64,000 bases of DNA from an uncultured Candidatus Rokubacteria bacterium (GCA_963762145.1 CAVXJS010000019.1:96001-160000), one strand, 5' to 3'; numbered from the stretch's first letter, positions 9,374 to 20,389 are shown. Notes: generated by a model from the sequence alone, not told the origin. A program made the numbers and translations.

Positions 9374-10507
9374 ATGGTCCGAGCCAGACGCTTCGTGTTG
9401 GCCTGCTTGCTCGGCGCGGGCGGCCTCGCCGCGCCCGCGCCGGTGCACGCGGCCGGCTGCGAGGCGATCCTCGGGAAGTGGACCTGGTTCACCGGCGGCG
9501 TGGTATCGATCAACGCCGATGGCACGATGGTGCACGACCCCGGCAACGACGGGACCTGGGAGTGCACGGATCGTACGCGGGGCCGGGTGACGCTCCGGTG
9601 GCGCCAGGGAGGCTATGTCAATCGGCTGACCCTGTCGGCGGACGGCAACGGCCTGTCCAGCACTGATTCCGCGCAATCGTTCGTGACCGCGAAGCGGGCG
9701 GCCGGGGAACAGGAAGTTGGCAAGGATACCCCGTCGAGGCCGGCGCCGGCACCGCCCGCGCCCCGAGCCGCGGAAGCGCCGCGCCCGGCCCCGTCCGAGC
9801 CACCGAGCGCGCCGCCTCCCGGTCCCGCTCCGCCGCGCAGCGGCCCGGCTCGTGAAGGAGAGGGGCCATGCTCCGGCAATGCCTGCCCCTCCGTCAAGGT
9901 CTTCACCGACGGTGGCTGCGTCTGGCTCCGAAACTCGGTCCCGGCGGTCCTGAACGTCGAGGTCCGGCTGGAGAAGGAGACGCTCAAAATGGTGCTCGAG
10001 GCGGGCGACCTGGCGAAGGCGGGACCGTCGACCAGCACGCGGAGCCCGAAATCGCGTCGGGCCGGCGCGACATCCTCCAAGCCGGACCTCGCGCAGACCC
10101 GGCACACGACGATCTACGACGCGCTCAGCGGGTCGGACCGTGCGGTGTTCGAGGCACGAGTCGGCACGCCGGCCGGCTGCGTGGCGAAGCCCGAGGCGAT
10201 CGTCGGGTACACGGCGAGCTTCGCGTCCGCGGAGGCCGCCAAGGCCTTCGCGCTCTCCTCGAAGCCCGAGTCCGTCTCGTGCTCCGGTGACGCGTGTCAG
10301 GATCTGGACCACCGCGCGGAGGCGATCAGGGCCTGCCGCCTGACCAATATCGGCCGTCGGGAGATCAAGGTCGGCATCTTCATGAACGGCAACCGCGAGC
10401 CCTCGATGACCACGTCGGTCGCTCCGACGAAGGCGATGCCCTTGACCTACTTCAGCGGGTGCTTGCGCGCGCAGGACATCGACCGGATCGAGGCGAGCTA
10501 CAAGTGA
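9374..10507 (+). CDS. Secreted Cys-rich modular hypothetical protein
   Basis: Signal peptide, beta-rich domain, Pro-rich linker, two CSG[ND]AC modules. Confidence 0.7.
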   Translation: MVRARRFVLACLLGAGGLAAPAPVHAAGCEAILGKWTWFTGGVVSINADGTMVHDPGNDGTWECTDRTRGRVTLRWRQGGYVNRLTLSADGNGLSSTDSAQSFVTAKRAAGEQEVGKDTPSRPAPAPPAPRAAEAPRPAPSEPPSAPPPGPAPPRSGPAREGEGPCSGNACPSVKVFTDGGCVWLRNSVPAVLNVEVRLEKETLKMVLEAGDLAKAGPSTSTRSPKSRRAGATSSKPDLAQTRHTTIYDALSGSDRAVFEARVGTPAGCVAKPEAIVGYTASFASAEAAKAFALSSKPESVSCSGDACQDLDHRAEAIRACRLTNIGRREIKVGIFMNGNREPSMTTSVAPTKAMPLTYFSGCLRAQDIDRIEASYK

Positions 10508-10517
10508 GCCGCAAAGA

Positions 10518-10546
10518 TTGACAGCCGGGGGGCCGCGTGATATTCG
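10518..10546 (+). promoter_or_regulatory. Sigma70-like promoter of the iorAB-like operon
   Basis: TTGACA-N17-TATTCG with TG extension. Confidence 0.5.
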
Positions 10547-10605
10547 CGCTGTGACGTCGAGCGCACGCGACCAGGGCTTGTCTCAACGACGAGAGGAGAA
10601 TCGCG

Positions 10606-11076
10606 ATGACCTCAGTCACCGTCAACGGCCGCCGGTACAACGTCAACCTCTCCGACGACACCCCGTTGCTGTGGGCCCTGCGTGACGAGCTGGGCCTCAC
10701 CGGGACCAAGTACGGCTGTGGCATGGCGCTCTGCGGCGCCTGTACCGTGCACGTGGACGGGCAGGTTGTGCGCGCCTGCCAGACGCCGATCTCGGCGGTG
10801 AGCGGGAGCAAGGTCACCACCATCGAGGCCATCGGCACCGACCGGGTCGGCCGAGCGCTCCAGGCCGCGTGGGTGGACATGGGCGTGCCGCAGTGCGGCT
10901 ACTGCCAGGCCGGGCAGATCATGGCGGCCACTGCGCTGCTCAAGCGCACGCCGAAGCCGACCGACGCCCAGATCGACGACGCGATGAGCGCCAATATCTG
11001 CCGCTGCGGCACCTACGTGCGGATTCGGGCCGCGATCAAGCAGGCGGCGGCGAGCCAGTCGGGAGCCGCGCGATGA
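10606..11076 (+). CDS. 2Fe-2S subunit, isoquinoline 1-oxidoreductase alpha-like
   Basis: [22 protein letters not shown] and CRCGTY motifs. Confidence 0.92.
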   Translation: MTSVTVNGRRYNVNLSDDTPLLWALRDELGLTGTKYGCGMALCGACTVHVDGQVVRACQTPISAVSGSKVTTIEAIGTDRVGRALQAAWVDMGVPQCGYCQAGQIMAATALLKRTPKPTDAQIDDAMSANICRCGTYVRIRAAIKQAAASQSGAAR

Positions 11077-13388
11077 GCGCCCGGGGTACGGAAGGCGTGA
11101 CCGATCGTGCCCTCGTGCTGGCCAAGCTGAGCCGCCGGGGCTTCCTCCAGGGGATGACCGCGGCGGGCGGGTTCATCCTCGCGGCCGGATTCTCATCCGA
11201 GGCGCGGGCCGCCGATCCGCCGAAGTACGGCGCCGACGGCATGCCCAATGGGTGGGTCGACGATCCGTTGGTCTTCGTGGCCATCGCGCCCGACGGTGTC
11301 GTCAGCATCACGTGCCATCGCTCCGAGATGGGCCAGGGCGTGCGGACCGGCATGCCGATGATCGTGGCCGACGAGCTCGAGGCCGACTGGAAGCGGGTGC
11401 GCGTGGTCCAGGCGCCGGGCGACGAGAAGCGCTTCGGCAACCAGGACACAGACGGCTCGCGCAGCACCAGACATTTCTTCGATCCCATGCGGCGTTGCGG
11501 CGCGGCGGCTCGCACCATGCTCGAGGCCGCGGCCGCCAAGCGATGGGGCGTGCCGGTGAGCGAGGTGGAGGCCAAGAACCACGAGGTCGTGCACGCCAAG
11601 AGCGGGCGGCGGGCCGGCTATGGCGCGCTCGCGAAGGACGCGGCGCAGCAGCCGGTCCCGGCCCGGGACACCGTGCGGCTGAAGAACCCGTCCCAGTTCC
11701 GCTACATCGGCAAGGGCCAGATCAAGCTGGTCGACGGCCCCGCCATGGTGAACGGCAAGGCGCAGTACGGCATCGACACCCGGGTGCCCGGCATGCTCTA
11801 CGCGGTGGTGGCCCGGCCCCCCGTTTACGGGGGCAAGGTGGTCAGCGTGGACTCGGCCGAGACCCTCAAGGTGCCCGGCGTGCTGAAGGTCGTCGAGATC
11901 GAGCAGAGCCCGGCGCCCGCCCAGTTCAACCCGGTGGGCGGCGTGGCCGTGGTCGCGAGCAATACCTGGGCGGCCATCCAGGGCCGGCGGGCGCTCAAGG
12001 TGGTGTGGGACGACGGCCCCAACGGCAGCTACGACTCGGTGGCCTTCAAGGCCGCGATGGAGGAGTCCGCGCACAAGCCCGGCAAGGTCGTGCGTGACAA
12101 CGGCAACGTGGACGCGGCCATGGCCTCTGCCGCGAAAAAGATCGAGGCGGAGTATTACATCCCGCATCTCGCGCACGCGCCGATGGAGCCGCCCGCCGCG
12201 ACCGTGCGCATCAACGGGAGCAAGGCGGACGTGTGGGGATGCTTCCAGTCCCCCCAGGCCACGAAGGACCTCGTGGCGAAGCGGCTGGGCCTGCAGCCGG
12301 GCGACGTGACCGTGCACGTCACGCTGCTCGGCGGGGGATTCGGACGGAAGTCGAAGCCCGACTTCGCCATCGAGGCGGCGGTCGTGTCCAAGGCGATGGA
12401 GGGCAAGCCGGTCAAGCTGACGTGGACGCGCGAGGACGACCTGATGCACACCTACTTCCACACGGTGTCGGTCGAGCACCTGGAGGCGGGCGTGGACGGG
12501 CAGGGCAAGCCGGTGGCCTGGCTGCACCGCAGCGTGGCCCCGACGCTCTTCTCGACCTTCGTGGACGGCGCCAAGAACGAGCACGCGCTCGAGCTCGGCA
12601 TGGGCGTCATCAACGTGCCGTTCGACATTCCCAGTATCCGGATCGAGAACCCGGAGGCCGCCGCGCACACGCGGATCGGCTGGTTCCGCGCGGTCTCCAA
12701 CATCCCGCACGCCTTCGCGGTGCAGTCGTTCGTGGCCGAGATGGCCGCGGCAGCGGGCCGCGATCCGAAGGACTACCTGCTCGAGATCATCGGCCCGGCG
12801 CGCCGGATCACGCCGGAGGCGCTCTCGGACAGCTGGAACCACGGCGAGTCGCCCGACAAGTACCCGGTGGACACCGGCCGCCTGCGGCGCGTGGTCGAGA
12901 CGGTCGCGCGGGAAGCGGGCTGGGGACGCCAGCTACCCAAGGGCCGCGGCCTCGGCATCGCCGCCCACTACAGCTTCGTGAGCTACGTGGCGGCGGTGGT
13001 GGAGGTGGCGGTGGACAGCGCGGGCGTCATCAGTGTTCCGCGCATCGACGTCGCGGTGGACTGCGGGGCGACGGTCAACCCGGACCGGGTGCGCGCGCAG
13101 ATGCAGGGCGCCGCGGTGATGGGGCTGGGGATCGCCACGCTCGGCGAGGTGACCTTCAAGACCGGCCGGGCCCAGCAGGACAACTTCCACACGTACGAGG
13201 TCACGAGGATGTCGGGCGCGCCGCGGGAGACGCGCGTGCACATCATCCCCGGGGACTACGCCCAGCCGATGGGCGGGGTCGGGGAGCCTGGCGTGCCGCC
13301 CATCGCGCCGGCCCTCTGCAACGCGATCTTCGCGGCCACCGGCAAGCGTATCCGGACCTTGCCGATCCGCGAGCAGCTCAAGGCCTGA
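11073..13388 (+). CDS. Xanthine dehydrogenase-family molybdopterin subunit, IorB-like, Tat motif
   Basis: [22 protein letters not shown] and GVGEPGVPP motifs; ATGA overlap with the alpha subunit. Confidence 0.92.
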   Translation: MSARGTEGVTDRALVLAKLSRRGFLQGMTAAGGFILAAGFSSEARAADPPKYGADGMPNGWVDDPLVFVAIAPDGVVSITCHRSEMGQGVRTGMPMIVADELEADWKRVRVVQAPGDEKRFGNQDTDGSRSTRHFFDPMRRCGAAARTMLEAAAAKRWGVPVSEVEAKNHEVVHAKSGRRAGYGALAKDAAQQPVPARDTVRLKNPSQFRYIGKGQIKLVDGPAMVNGKAQYGIDTRVPGMLYAVVARPPVYGGKVVSVDSAETLKVPGVLKVVEIEQSPAPAQFNPVGGVAVVASNTWAAIQGRRALKVVWDDGPNGSYDSVAFKAAMEESAHKPGKVVRDNGNVDAAMASAAKKIEAEYYIPHLAHAPMEPPAATVRINGSKADVWGCFQSPQATKDLVAKRLGLQPGDVTVHVTLLGGGFGRKSKPDFAIEAAVVSKAMEGKPVKLTWTREDDLMHTYFHTVSVEHLEAGVDGQGKPVAWLHRSVAPTLFSTFVDGAKNEHALELGMGVINVPFDIPSIRIENPEAAAHTRIGWFRAVSNIPHAFAVQSFVAEMAAAAGRDPKDYLLEIIGPARRITPEALSDSWNHGESPDKYPVDTGRLRRVVETVAREAGWGRQLPKGRGLGIAAHYSFVSYVAAVVEVAVDSAGVISVPRIDVAVDCGATVNPDRVRAQMQGAAVMGLGIATLGEVTFKTGRAQQDNFHTYEVTRMSGAPRETRVHIIPGDYAQPMGGVGEPGVPPIAPALCNAIFAATGKRIRTLPIREQLKA

Positions 13389-14199
13389 TAGGTCGAAAGA
13401 TCAGGGCGTCCCGGCTCAGGGTGACGGCGAGCGGGCCGAGCGCGGCCAGACGGTCGCGCCGGCTCGTCCGTCCCGCCCGGTAGGAGCCGGTCATCACATC
13501 GCGGATCGCCTCCGCGTCGAGGCGCGCCACGTGCCGGAGCCGCTCGTGGCGCTCGAGGGTGAAGCGCGACGCGAACGCGGCCACCGCCTGATCCACCCGA
13601 TCCCGCAGGAGCCCGCGGCCGAGCACCGCCTCCCGCAGCTCGACGAGGTCGTCCGGGCCCGGGATCACCAGCAGCAGCCGGCCGTCGTCCCGGAGCACCC
13701 GGCGGAACTCGGCCGGGTTCCGGCGGGCGGTGATGGACGCCACCACCGCGAACGACGCGGCGGCGTAGGGGAGCGAGCGGTCGGCGTTGGCCACGACGAG
13801 GTGCAGGCCCGCGTGGCGCGCGGCCGCCGCCTCGAGCGCGGGCACCGAGAGATCCACCCCGTGGCCCTCGCAGCCGAAGCGCGCGGTGAAGGCGGCCACG
13901 TAGTGCCCGTCGCCGCAGCCGACCTCGAGCAGCGCCTCCCCGGGGGCGAGGGTCAGCAGATCGCCGATCGCGCGGGTGAGCTCCGCCTCGAAGCCGCCCG
14001 ACAGGAAGCGCCGGCGCGCCGCGACGGCCGCGGTGGAATCGCCCGGCCGGGCGGAGCGGCGATCCTGGGGCTGCAGCAGGTTGACGTAGCCGCGGCGGGC
14101 CACGTCGAAGGAGTGGGCGCGCGGACAGATCAGGCGCTGCCCTTCACGCGCGAGCGGAAGGCGGCAGGCGCGGACCGAGCAGAGCAGCGTGACGGCCAT
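13378..14199 (-). CDS. RlmA-like rRNA m1G methyltransferase with N-terminal Zn finger
   Basis: CSVRAC...CPRAHSFDVARRGYVNLL, PGDS...ARRRFL and EVGCGDG motifs. Confidence 0.8.
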   Translation of the reverse strand: MAVTLLCSVRACRLPLAREGQRLICPRAHSFDVARRGYVNLLQPQDRRSARPGDSTAAVAARRRFLSGGFEAELTRAIGDLLTLAPGEALLEVGCGDGHYVAAFTARFGCEGHGVDLSVPALEAAAARHAGLHLVVANADRSLPYAAASFAVVASITARRNPAEFRRVLRDDGRLLLVIPGPDDLVELREAVLGRGLLRDRVDQAVAAFASRFTLERHERLRHVARLDAEAIRDVMTGSYRAGRTSRRDRLAALGPLAVTLSRDALIFRPIRP

Positions 14200-14213
14200 G
14201 GGAGGGGGGCGGG

Positions 14214-15230
14214 CTACCGGGCCGTGATGACGAAGTCGACGGCGGCGGCCTCGCGTGTCACGGTCAGGCGGAGGCGCCGGTCGTGGGCGGCCAGCGCGCC
14301 GTGCCACAGCTCGGCCCAGGCGTCGAAGGCGGCCGGGTCGAGCGGCTCGAGGCCGCGCGCGAGTCGCCAGCCCTTCTGACGCACCCGCGCCCGGCCGGGC
14401 TCGGTCGAGACCTCCACCGCCTCGCCCTGGGCAGTGGCCAGCGCGGCGAGGTACCGGGCGAAGGCGGCCGGCCCCGAGTCGGCGATGCCCAGAAGCCGCG
14501 CGGTCTCGTCGTGGTACTGCATGCCGATGAGCCGCGCGGCGTGGCCCAGCACCCGCCGGGTGTCGGCGGGCCCCAGCAGCGCGAGCAGGACGGGCAGCGC
14601 GGTGCGCACGTACTCCATCGCGTAGCGCGAGACCACGAGCTCGAGCCGCTCGGCGGGCCAGTCCGCCGGATCGAGGCGCGGGGCGTGGGCCGGATCGGGG
14701 TCCGGCATGAGCTCTCCCGGCGCGAACCGCACGCGCTCATCCGGGGCGAGATCGCGGTCGTGCTCGACGTAGTAGCCCTCGAGGCCCGGGTGACCGTCCA
14801 CCGTCTGGCCGGTGCAGACGAAGCCCAGGCGCGGATTGCCGAGCGTCACGCCGTTGTGGCCGTGCCAGCCGTGGAGGATGGCCGCGTTCACCCGGCTCGG
14901 GATGCCGCAGATCGCCGAGCCGTACCAGATCCAGCGTGGCGGCGGGTACCGGACCCACGCCTTGCGGTCGGATTCGTACGCGTACTCGGTCTTCACGCCC
15001 CCCATCTGGTTGGAGAGGTAGTGGTACTGCGCGCAGGCCACCGCGGGCGGCAGGCGGTCGAGACCGAGCTTGGCGAGCCCGGGCAGGAACTTCTCGAGGT
15101 GCTGGCGGCGAAAGAGCCGGAAGACGAAGTCGGCGGCCTCGTCCTCGCTCCGGCGCGTGACCAGGGTGAGGACGAGGCCGGTGAGCAGCGCCTGGTAGAG
15201 AACCGAGACGGCGCGGTGGCCTTCCGCCAC
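14214..15230 (-). CDS. Hypothetical protein, possibly tandem V4R/ATC-hydrolase-like domains
   Basis: Clean operonic ORF with an aromatic/His/Cys-rich core (YHYLSN, YPPPRW, GWHGHNG, GFVCT). Confidence 0.65.
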   Translation of the reverse strand: MAEGHRAVSVLYQALLTGLVLTLVTRRSEDEAADFVFRLFRRQHLEKFLPGLAKLGLDRLPPAVACAQYHYLSNQMGGVKTEYAYESDRKAWVRYPPPRWIWYGSAICGIPSRVNAAILHGWHGHNGVTLGNPRLGFVCTGQTVDGHPGLEGYYVEHDRDLAPDERVRFAPGELMPDPDPAHAPRLDPADWPAERLELVVSRYAMEYVRTALPVLLALLGPADTRRVLGHAARLIGMQYHDETARLLGIADSGPAAFARYLAALATAQGEAVEVSTEPGRARVRQKGWRLARGLEPLDPAAFDAWAELWHGALAAHDRRLRLTVTREAAAVDFVITAR

Positions 15231-15236
15231 GCCAGA

Positions 15237-16505
15237 TCAGTCGACGATCGCGGCCTGGACGAGCTGGCGGAACAGGTCGCGGTCTTCTCCCCGCCGCGGG
15301 CCGGGCTGCCCCTGGCTCATCCACACCACCACCATCTGCTCCTTCGGGTCCACCCAGAAGGCGGTGCCGCCCGCGCCGCCCCAGCGGTACTCGCCCGCCG
15401 AGCCGGTGACCCAGTTGAGGCCCGTCTCCCGGCGCACCGCGAAGCCCAGCCCGAACCCGTAGCCGCGGACCAGGGTCGGCGACGCGACCCGGATGTCGCC
15501 CACGTGGTCGGACGACATCTGGGCGACGGTGGCCCGGCCGAGCAGGCGCACGCGATCGAGCTGGCCGCCGTTGAGCAGCATCTGGGAGAAGCGCGCGTAG
15601 TCCATCGTGGTGCCCGCGGTGCCCGCGCCGCCCGCGTCGTTCTTCTGCGGCTGGGTGACGTCCAGCAGCTTGACCTCGATGCCGGTGACCGGATCCTTGG
15701 CGAAGGGCTGCGCGAGGCGGGCCACCTTGCCATTCGGTACCAGGAACGCGGTGTCGGTCATCTTGAGGGGCACGAAGATCCGCTCCTGGAAGAACTGCCC
15801 GAGCGTCATGCCGCTCACCGCCTCCACCACGCGGCCGAGCACATCGGTGGAGAGGCCGTACTCCCAGGCCGAGCCGGGCTGATGGGCGAGCGGCACCCGC
15901 GCGATCCGGTCGATCTGCTCGGTCGGGGTGACCGCGTCCCAGGTCACCCCTTCCTTGGCGTACGCCTCCTTCACCCCGGCGTTGCTCGTGTTCGGCCCGT
16001 AGACGAGCCCGGAGGTATGGCGCAGCAGGTCCTGGATCGTCATCTCGCGCTCCGCCGGCACCAGCGCGTAGGTCACCTTGCCGGTCTGGGCGTCGAGGCT
16101 GGGGACGCTCACCTGGAGCGCCTTGAGCTTCGGGAGGTGCCGGGAGACGGGATCGTTGAGCAGGATGCGCCCGTCCTCCACCAGCATCATGATCGCGACC
16201 GAGGTGAAGGGCTTGGTCATCGAGTAGAGGCGGAAGATCGCGTCCTTCGTCATGGGCGCGCCGCTCTGCGGATCGCGCTGACCCAGCGCCTCGAAGTAGG
16301 CCACCTTGCCCCGCCGCGCCACCAGCGCGACCGCGCCGGGATAGCGGCCCTTGGCGATCTCGCCGTTGACCACCTCGGTGACGCGCGCCAGCTTCGGCGA
16401 GGAGAGGCCGACCTCCTCCGGTGTCGCGGTGGGCAGCCCCTGAGACCAGGCCGCGCCGGGGAGCAGCAGGACGAGCAGGGCGACGAGCGCGACGGATCTG
16501 TTCAT
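15237..16505 (-). CDS. Secreted serine hydrolase, beta-lactamase/family VIII esterase
   Basis: SMTK, LLRHTSG, WEYG and WGG motifs; signal peptide. Confidence 0.9.
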   Translation of the reverse strand: MNRSVALVALLVLLLPGAAWSQGLPTATPEEVGLSSPKLARVTEVVNGEIAKGRYPGAVALVARRGKVAYFEALGQRDPQSGAPMTKDAIFRLYSMTKPFTSVAIMMLVEDGRILLNDPVSRHLPKLKALQVSVPSLDAQTGKVTYALVPAEREMTIQDLLRHTSGLVYGPNTSNAGVKEAYAKEGVTWDAVTPTEQIDRIARVPLAHQPGSAWEYGLSTDVLGRVVEAVSGMTLGQFFQERIFVPLKMTDTAFLVPNGKVARLAQPFAKDPVTGIEVKLLDVTQPQKNDAGGAGTAGTTMDYARFSQMLLNGGQLDRVRLLGRATVAQMSSDHVGDIRVASPTLVRGYGFGLGFAVRRETGLNWVTGSAGEYRWGGAGGTAFWVDPKEQMVVVWMSQGQPGPRRGEDRDLFRQLVQAAIVD

Positions 16506-16521
16506 CGGGGTGGTCTCCTCG

Positions 16522-18081
16522 CTAGGGGTTCTTCAGCCGCATGTCTTCGTAGGACGGGAACGGGAACATCGGGATCGAGTTGACGGTGTGGTCGGCCACC
16601 CGCGGGCCGACCCCGATCAGCCCGCGCAGGTCCATGATCGGCGCGTACATGACGCGGTCGATCGTGAGCTGCTGGATGCGGTGGAGCAGGGCCTCGCGCT
16701 TGGCGCGGTCCCGCTCGCGGGCCTGCTGGAGGAAGAGCTCGTCGATGTCGGGGTAACCCCCGTAGGCCGAGGCGCCCTTCGAGTACATGAACGCTTCCAC
16801 CCGGCTCGCCGCGTTGCCCGAGTTGCCCACCGCGGTCAGGAACAGCCCCCGCAGCTTCTTTTCCTGCCAGGCCGCGTAGAAGGCGGCCCGCTCCATCGGG
16901 CGCATCCGCATCCGGATGCCCACCGCGGTCAGATTGTTGAGCGCGGCCTCTCCGACGGTGGCGAAGCCGGGAATGGCCACGAACTCGCCCGCGTCGATGC
17001 CACCCGGAAAGCCGGCTTCGGCCAGGAGGCGCTTGGCGCGCTGCGGGTCGTAGGGATGGGGCGGCACCTGGAGCGCGAAATCCATCACGCGGGGGACGAT
17101 GACGCCCGCGGGCGGACAGAAGCCGAGGCAGGCCGCCTCGCTCGTCGTCTTGCGGTCGATCGCGTAGTTGACCGCCTGCCGCAGCCGCTTGTCGCTCCAG
17201 GGAGACTTGGGATCCCACTGCTCGGCGAACTCGATCCAGAAGATCGAGGCGTGGCGCGTGTCCACGAGCTGCATGCGCGAGTCCTTCGTCACCGCTTCCG
17301 CCTCGGGGCCGTCCAGGAACAAGGCGTAGTCGGTCTCGCCGCTCTTCAGCATGGTGAGCCGGGTGGTGCTGTCCGGCACGCTCTTCATGGTGAGCTTCTT
17401 GACGTTGGGGACCTTCCTCCAGTAGCCGGTGAACGCTTCGAGGGTGACGTCCACGCCCTGCCGCTGGCTCACGAAGCGGTAGGGTCCGGCCCCGATCGGC
17501 CGCTGACGGAAGCCGTCCGGGCCGGCCTGCTCGGTGTACTTGCGCGGCAGCACGATGCCGGCCGCGGAGGCGGTGGTGCCGTAGAAGGTCATGAAGTCCG
17601 GCCACGGCTCCTTCAAGTGGAACCGGATCACCAGTGGATCGACGACCTCCACCTGCCGCACGCGCGCACGGAATTCCTTGGCGGCCGCGCCCTGGTACCG
17701 CTCGAAGCTCCACTTCACGTCATCGGTGGTGAGCGCGTCGCCGTTGTGAAACTTGAGGCCGCGGCGCAGCTTGAACTCGTACACCAGCCCGTCGGCGCTC
17801 TCGGTCCACGACTCGGCCAGGCTCGGCCCCATCTTCTGGCCGGGCAGCGGACGGACGAGGGCGTCGTGGATGGCGTACATCACGCCGAAGGGCGTGATCT
17901 GCGGCGGCGCGGTGGAGGGGTCGAACCAGCTCGGCGCGAGGGTCACGTGGAAGGAGACCGCGATCTCTCCCGCGGGACCGGCCGAGCCGGCCGGCGGGGG
18001 CGCCTGGGCGGACGCCGGCGTGAGGACGGCCAGGAGCAGGACGGCGGCGAGTGCGACCGGACCGAGCGGGCGAGGAGCCAT
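16522..18081 (-). CDS. ABC substrate-binding protein, family 5
   Basis: PSLAESWTESADGLVYEFKLRRGLKFHNGD and PIGAGPY motifs. Confidence 0.9.
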   Translation of the reverse strand: MAPRPLGPVALAAVLLLAVLTPASAQAPPPAGSAGPAGEIAVSFHVTLAPSWFDPSTAPPQITPFGVMYAIHDALVRPLPGQKMGPSLAESWTESADGLVYEFKLRRGLKFHNGDALTTDDVKWSFERYQGAAAKEFRARVRQVEVVDPLVIRFHLKEPWPDFMTFYGTTASAAGIVLPRKYTEQAGPDGFRQRPIGAGPYRFVSQRQGVDVTLEAFTGYWRKVPNVKKLTMKSVPDSTTRLTMLKSGETDYALFLDGPEAEAVTKDSRMQLVDTRHASIFWIEFAEQWDPKSPWSDKRLRQAVNYAIDRKTTSEAACLGFCPPAGVIVPRVMDFALQVPPHPYDPQRAKRLLAEAGFPGGIDAGEFVAIPGFATVGEAALNNLTAVGIRMRMRPMERAAFYAAWQEKKLRGLFLTAVGNSGNAASRVEAFMYSKGASAYGGYPDIDELFLQQARERDRAKREALLHRIQQLTIDRVMYAPIMDLRGLIGVGPRVADHTVNSIPMFPFPSYEDMRLKNP

Positions 18082-18103
18082 CGTGGACCCTCCCTTCCGT
18101 CCC

Positions 18104-19159
18104 TCAGGCGTAGACGAAGGCCCGCCGGGGATTGTCGATCAAGAGTGTCTGGACGATCTTGTCGTCGGCGCCCTTGGCGCGCAGACGCGGGATCACGTTG
18201 ACGAGCAGGTGGTGGTAGCCGAAGCCGCCCCACCGGGTCAGGCAGTGCTTGTAGGCGATGTCGTGGGACATCAGGATCTGGGCCAGGTGGCCGCGCTCGA
18301 TCAAAAAGAGGACCTGGCGCATGCGCTCCCCGTCGTTCGGCATGTCGAAGGCGGGATTGTAGGGGTAGTAGGAGGTCTCGAGGCCGAAGAGGTCGTACTC
18401 GAGCCGCACCCCGGTCGCGGCCAGCTCGAGCAGGACCCCGGGATCGGCGATGGTGCGCTCGACGTGGCACATGATGGTGCGTCCGAGGTCGGCGCCTTCC
18501 TTCCTGATGAAATCGACGATCGCCAGGGGCAGCCGCTCGTGGCGGCCGGGATGGATCATCAGGGCCGCGCCGGTCTCGCGCTGCGCAGCCACCGCGGCCC
18601 GCACCACTTTCTTCTCGTTGTCGGTCCAGGGCCAGGAGGTGCCGATCTCGCCGATGAAGCCCGCGCGCACCCCGGTGCCGTCCACGCCCTCGGTGAGATC
18701 GGTGACGAGCTCGCGCGCGATGTCGTCCGCGGTACGCCGGTCCATGTCCGGAGGATGCGCGGCGGCCACGTAGTAGCCCGAGCCCATGATGATGTTGAGG
18801 CCGGTGGCGCGGGCCACCCGGGCCAGCGCGAGCGGATCCCGCGCGAGCCCGCGGTTCGTCGGGTCCACGAAGGTCTGGCCGCCCGCGTGCTTGAAGAGCA
18901 GGGCCTCGTCGCGGGCCACCGTCTCGTCGAGGAGCTGGAGGTTGTCGAGGTTCGAGCTGAAGTTGTGGCGGACCCAGCCCAGATTGGCCAGGCTCACCGG
19001 CTGCCGGGCCAGGCCCCGCTCGGCGCCGTTGGCGGGCTCCCGGAACATCACCTCGAAGTCGATGAGGAGATGCTCGTGGGGCAGCGTGATCCCCATCGCC
19101 TCGCCGGCGATGGGGCCGAGCACGCTCTGCGCCTGTCCCGAGAGGCCGGGGCCTGGCAT
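18104..19159 (-). CDS. Phosphotriesterase-related protein
   Basis: TLPHEH, IGEIG, IHPG, ILMSHD and DNPRR motifs. Confidence 0.9.
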   Translation of the reverse strand: MPGPGLSGQAQSVLGPIAGEAMGITLPHEHLLIDFEVMFREPANGAERGLARQPVSLANLGWVRHNFSSNLDNLQLLDETVARDEALLFKHAGGQTFVDPTNRGLARDPLALARVARATGLNIIMGSGYYVAAAHPPDMDRRTADDIARELVTDLTEGVDGTGVRAGFIGEIGTSWPWTDNEKKVVRAAVAAQRETGAALMIHPGRHERLPLAIVDFIRKEGADLGRTIMCHVERTIADPGVLLELAATGVRLEYDLFGLETSYYPYNPAFDMPNDGERMRQVLFLIERGHLAQILMSHDIAYKHCLTRWGGFGYHHLLVNVIPRLRAKGADDKIVQTLLIDNPRRAFVYA

Positions 19160-19174
19160 GGCGAGGCCGGGAGC

Positions 19175-20341
19175 CTAGACGTTCCGGTACACGCTGGTCT
19201 CGAACTGCCCGAGCAGATCGATCGCGGTGTCGTCGTAGAACGGCAACAGCTGCGACGCGAAGACGCCGGACACGCGCTTGGTGCGGTCGATCCAGAAGTA
19301 GGTGTTGGCGAGCCCGGCCCAGGCCAGCGAGTTGGCCGAGCGGCCGCCCGGCACCGCCTTGGTGTTGATCAGGAAGCTCAGTCCCCACTTCTTGCTCATG
19401 CCCGGGAAGAGCTCGACGTCGTTCGACAGCGGGGGCGCCGCGGTCTTGAGCGCGCCGATCTCGAGATCGCCGATGTGGTTCTGGGCCATGAGGTCCACCG
19501 TGCCCTTCTGCAGCACCTGCGCGCCGTTGTGCGTGCCGCCGTTCATGATCATGCGGCAGAACTGGAGGTAGTCGGGGACGGTGCCGTAGAGGCCGCCGCC
19601 CCCCATGTGGAACTCCGGCTCCGGCGGGAGCCCGAACTCGATCGGGGCGAGCGCTCCGTCGGGTCCGCGGCCGTGCATCGCGGAGAGCCGCGCCTGCTGC
19701 GAAGCCGAGAGCTTGAACGAGGTGTCCTTCATGCCGAGCGGCCCGAGGATGTTGTCCTGGAGGTAACGGTCGAGCCGCTGGCCGCTCACCGCCTCCACCA
19801 TCTTGCCGGCCCAGTCGATGTTGATGCCGTAGTCCCACTTGTCTCCCGGATCGAACAGGAGCGGGGTGCCGAGCGCCGCGTTCGTGCAGGTCGTGATCCC
19901 GGGGGTGCCGGTGGCCTGCTGGAACTGGGCGATGGCGGGGCTCCAGATCTCGTAGGAGAAGCCGGCGGTGTGGGTCAGGAGATGGCGGAGGGTCATCGGC
20001 CGCTTCGGCGCCCGCAGCCGCGGCTGGCCCGCTGCGTCGAAGCCCTCGAGCACGCGGGCCGCGCCCAGCTCGGGCACCACCTCCGCGGCGGGCCGCTCCA
20101 GCGAGAGCTTGCCGCGCTCCACGAGCTGCATCGCGGCGGCTCCGGTGATCGCCTTGGTCATGGAGGCGATCCACACCACGGTGTCGAGGGTCATCGGGGC
20201 TGGCTTGCCGATCTCGCGCTGGCCGAATGCTCCCTCGTAGAGAACGCCCTTGTCGGTGGTCGCCATCGCGACGATGCCGGGGATCTTCTTGGCGGCGACG
20301 GCCTGGCTGAATGTCGAGTCGAGGCTCTTGAAGTCGGCCAT
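19175..20341 (-). CDS. Cytoplasmic serine hydrolase, beta-lactamase/family VIII esterase
   Basis: ASMTK, LLTHTAG and WAGLANTYFWID motifs. Confidence 0.9.
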   Translation of the reverse strand: MADFKSLDSTFSQAVAAKKIPGIVAMATTDKGVLYEGAFGQREIGKPAPMTLDTVVWIASMTKAITGAAAMQLVERGKLSLERPAAEVVPELGAARVLEGFDAAGQPRLRAPKRPMTLRHLLTHTAGFSYEIWSPAIAQFQQATGTPGITTCTNAALGTPLLFDPGDKWDYGINIDWAGKMVEAVSGQRLDRYLQDNILGPLGMKDTSFKLSASQQARLSAMHGRGPDGALAPIEFGLPPEPEFHMGGGGLYGTVPDYLQFCRMIMNGGTHNGAQVLQKGTVDLMAQNHIGDLEIGALKTAAPPLSNDVELFPGMSKKWGLSFLINTKAVPGGRSANSLAWAGLANTYFWIDRTKRVSGVFASQLLPFYDDTAIDLLGQFETSVYRNV

Positions 20342-20389
20342 GGTCAGCCTCCTTGCTGATGGTGGAGCGGTTGCGGGTTGGCTCGGGTG

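Noticed and set aside
10550-10565. CRP/FNR-like site TGTGA-N6-GCGCA
   Set aside because: The second half-site is degenerate and there is only one instance.
15237-20341. SxxK proteins as antibiotic-resistance beta-lactamases
   Set aside because: Motifs and context fit family VIII esterases, and resistance cannot be inferred from sequence.
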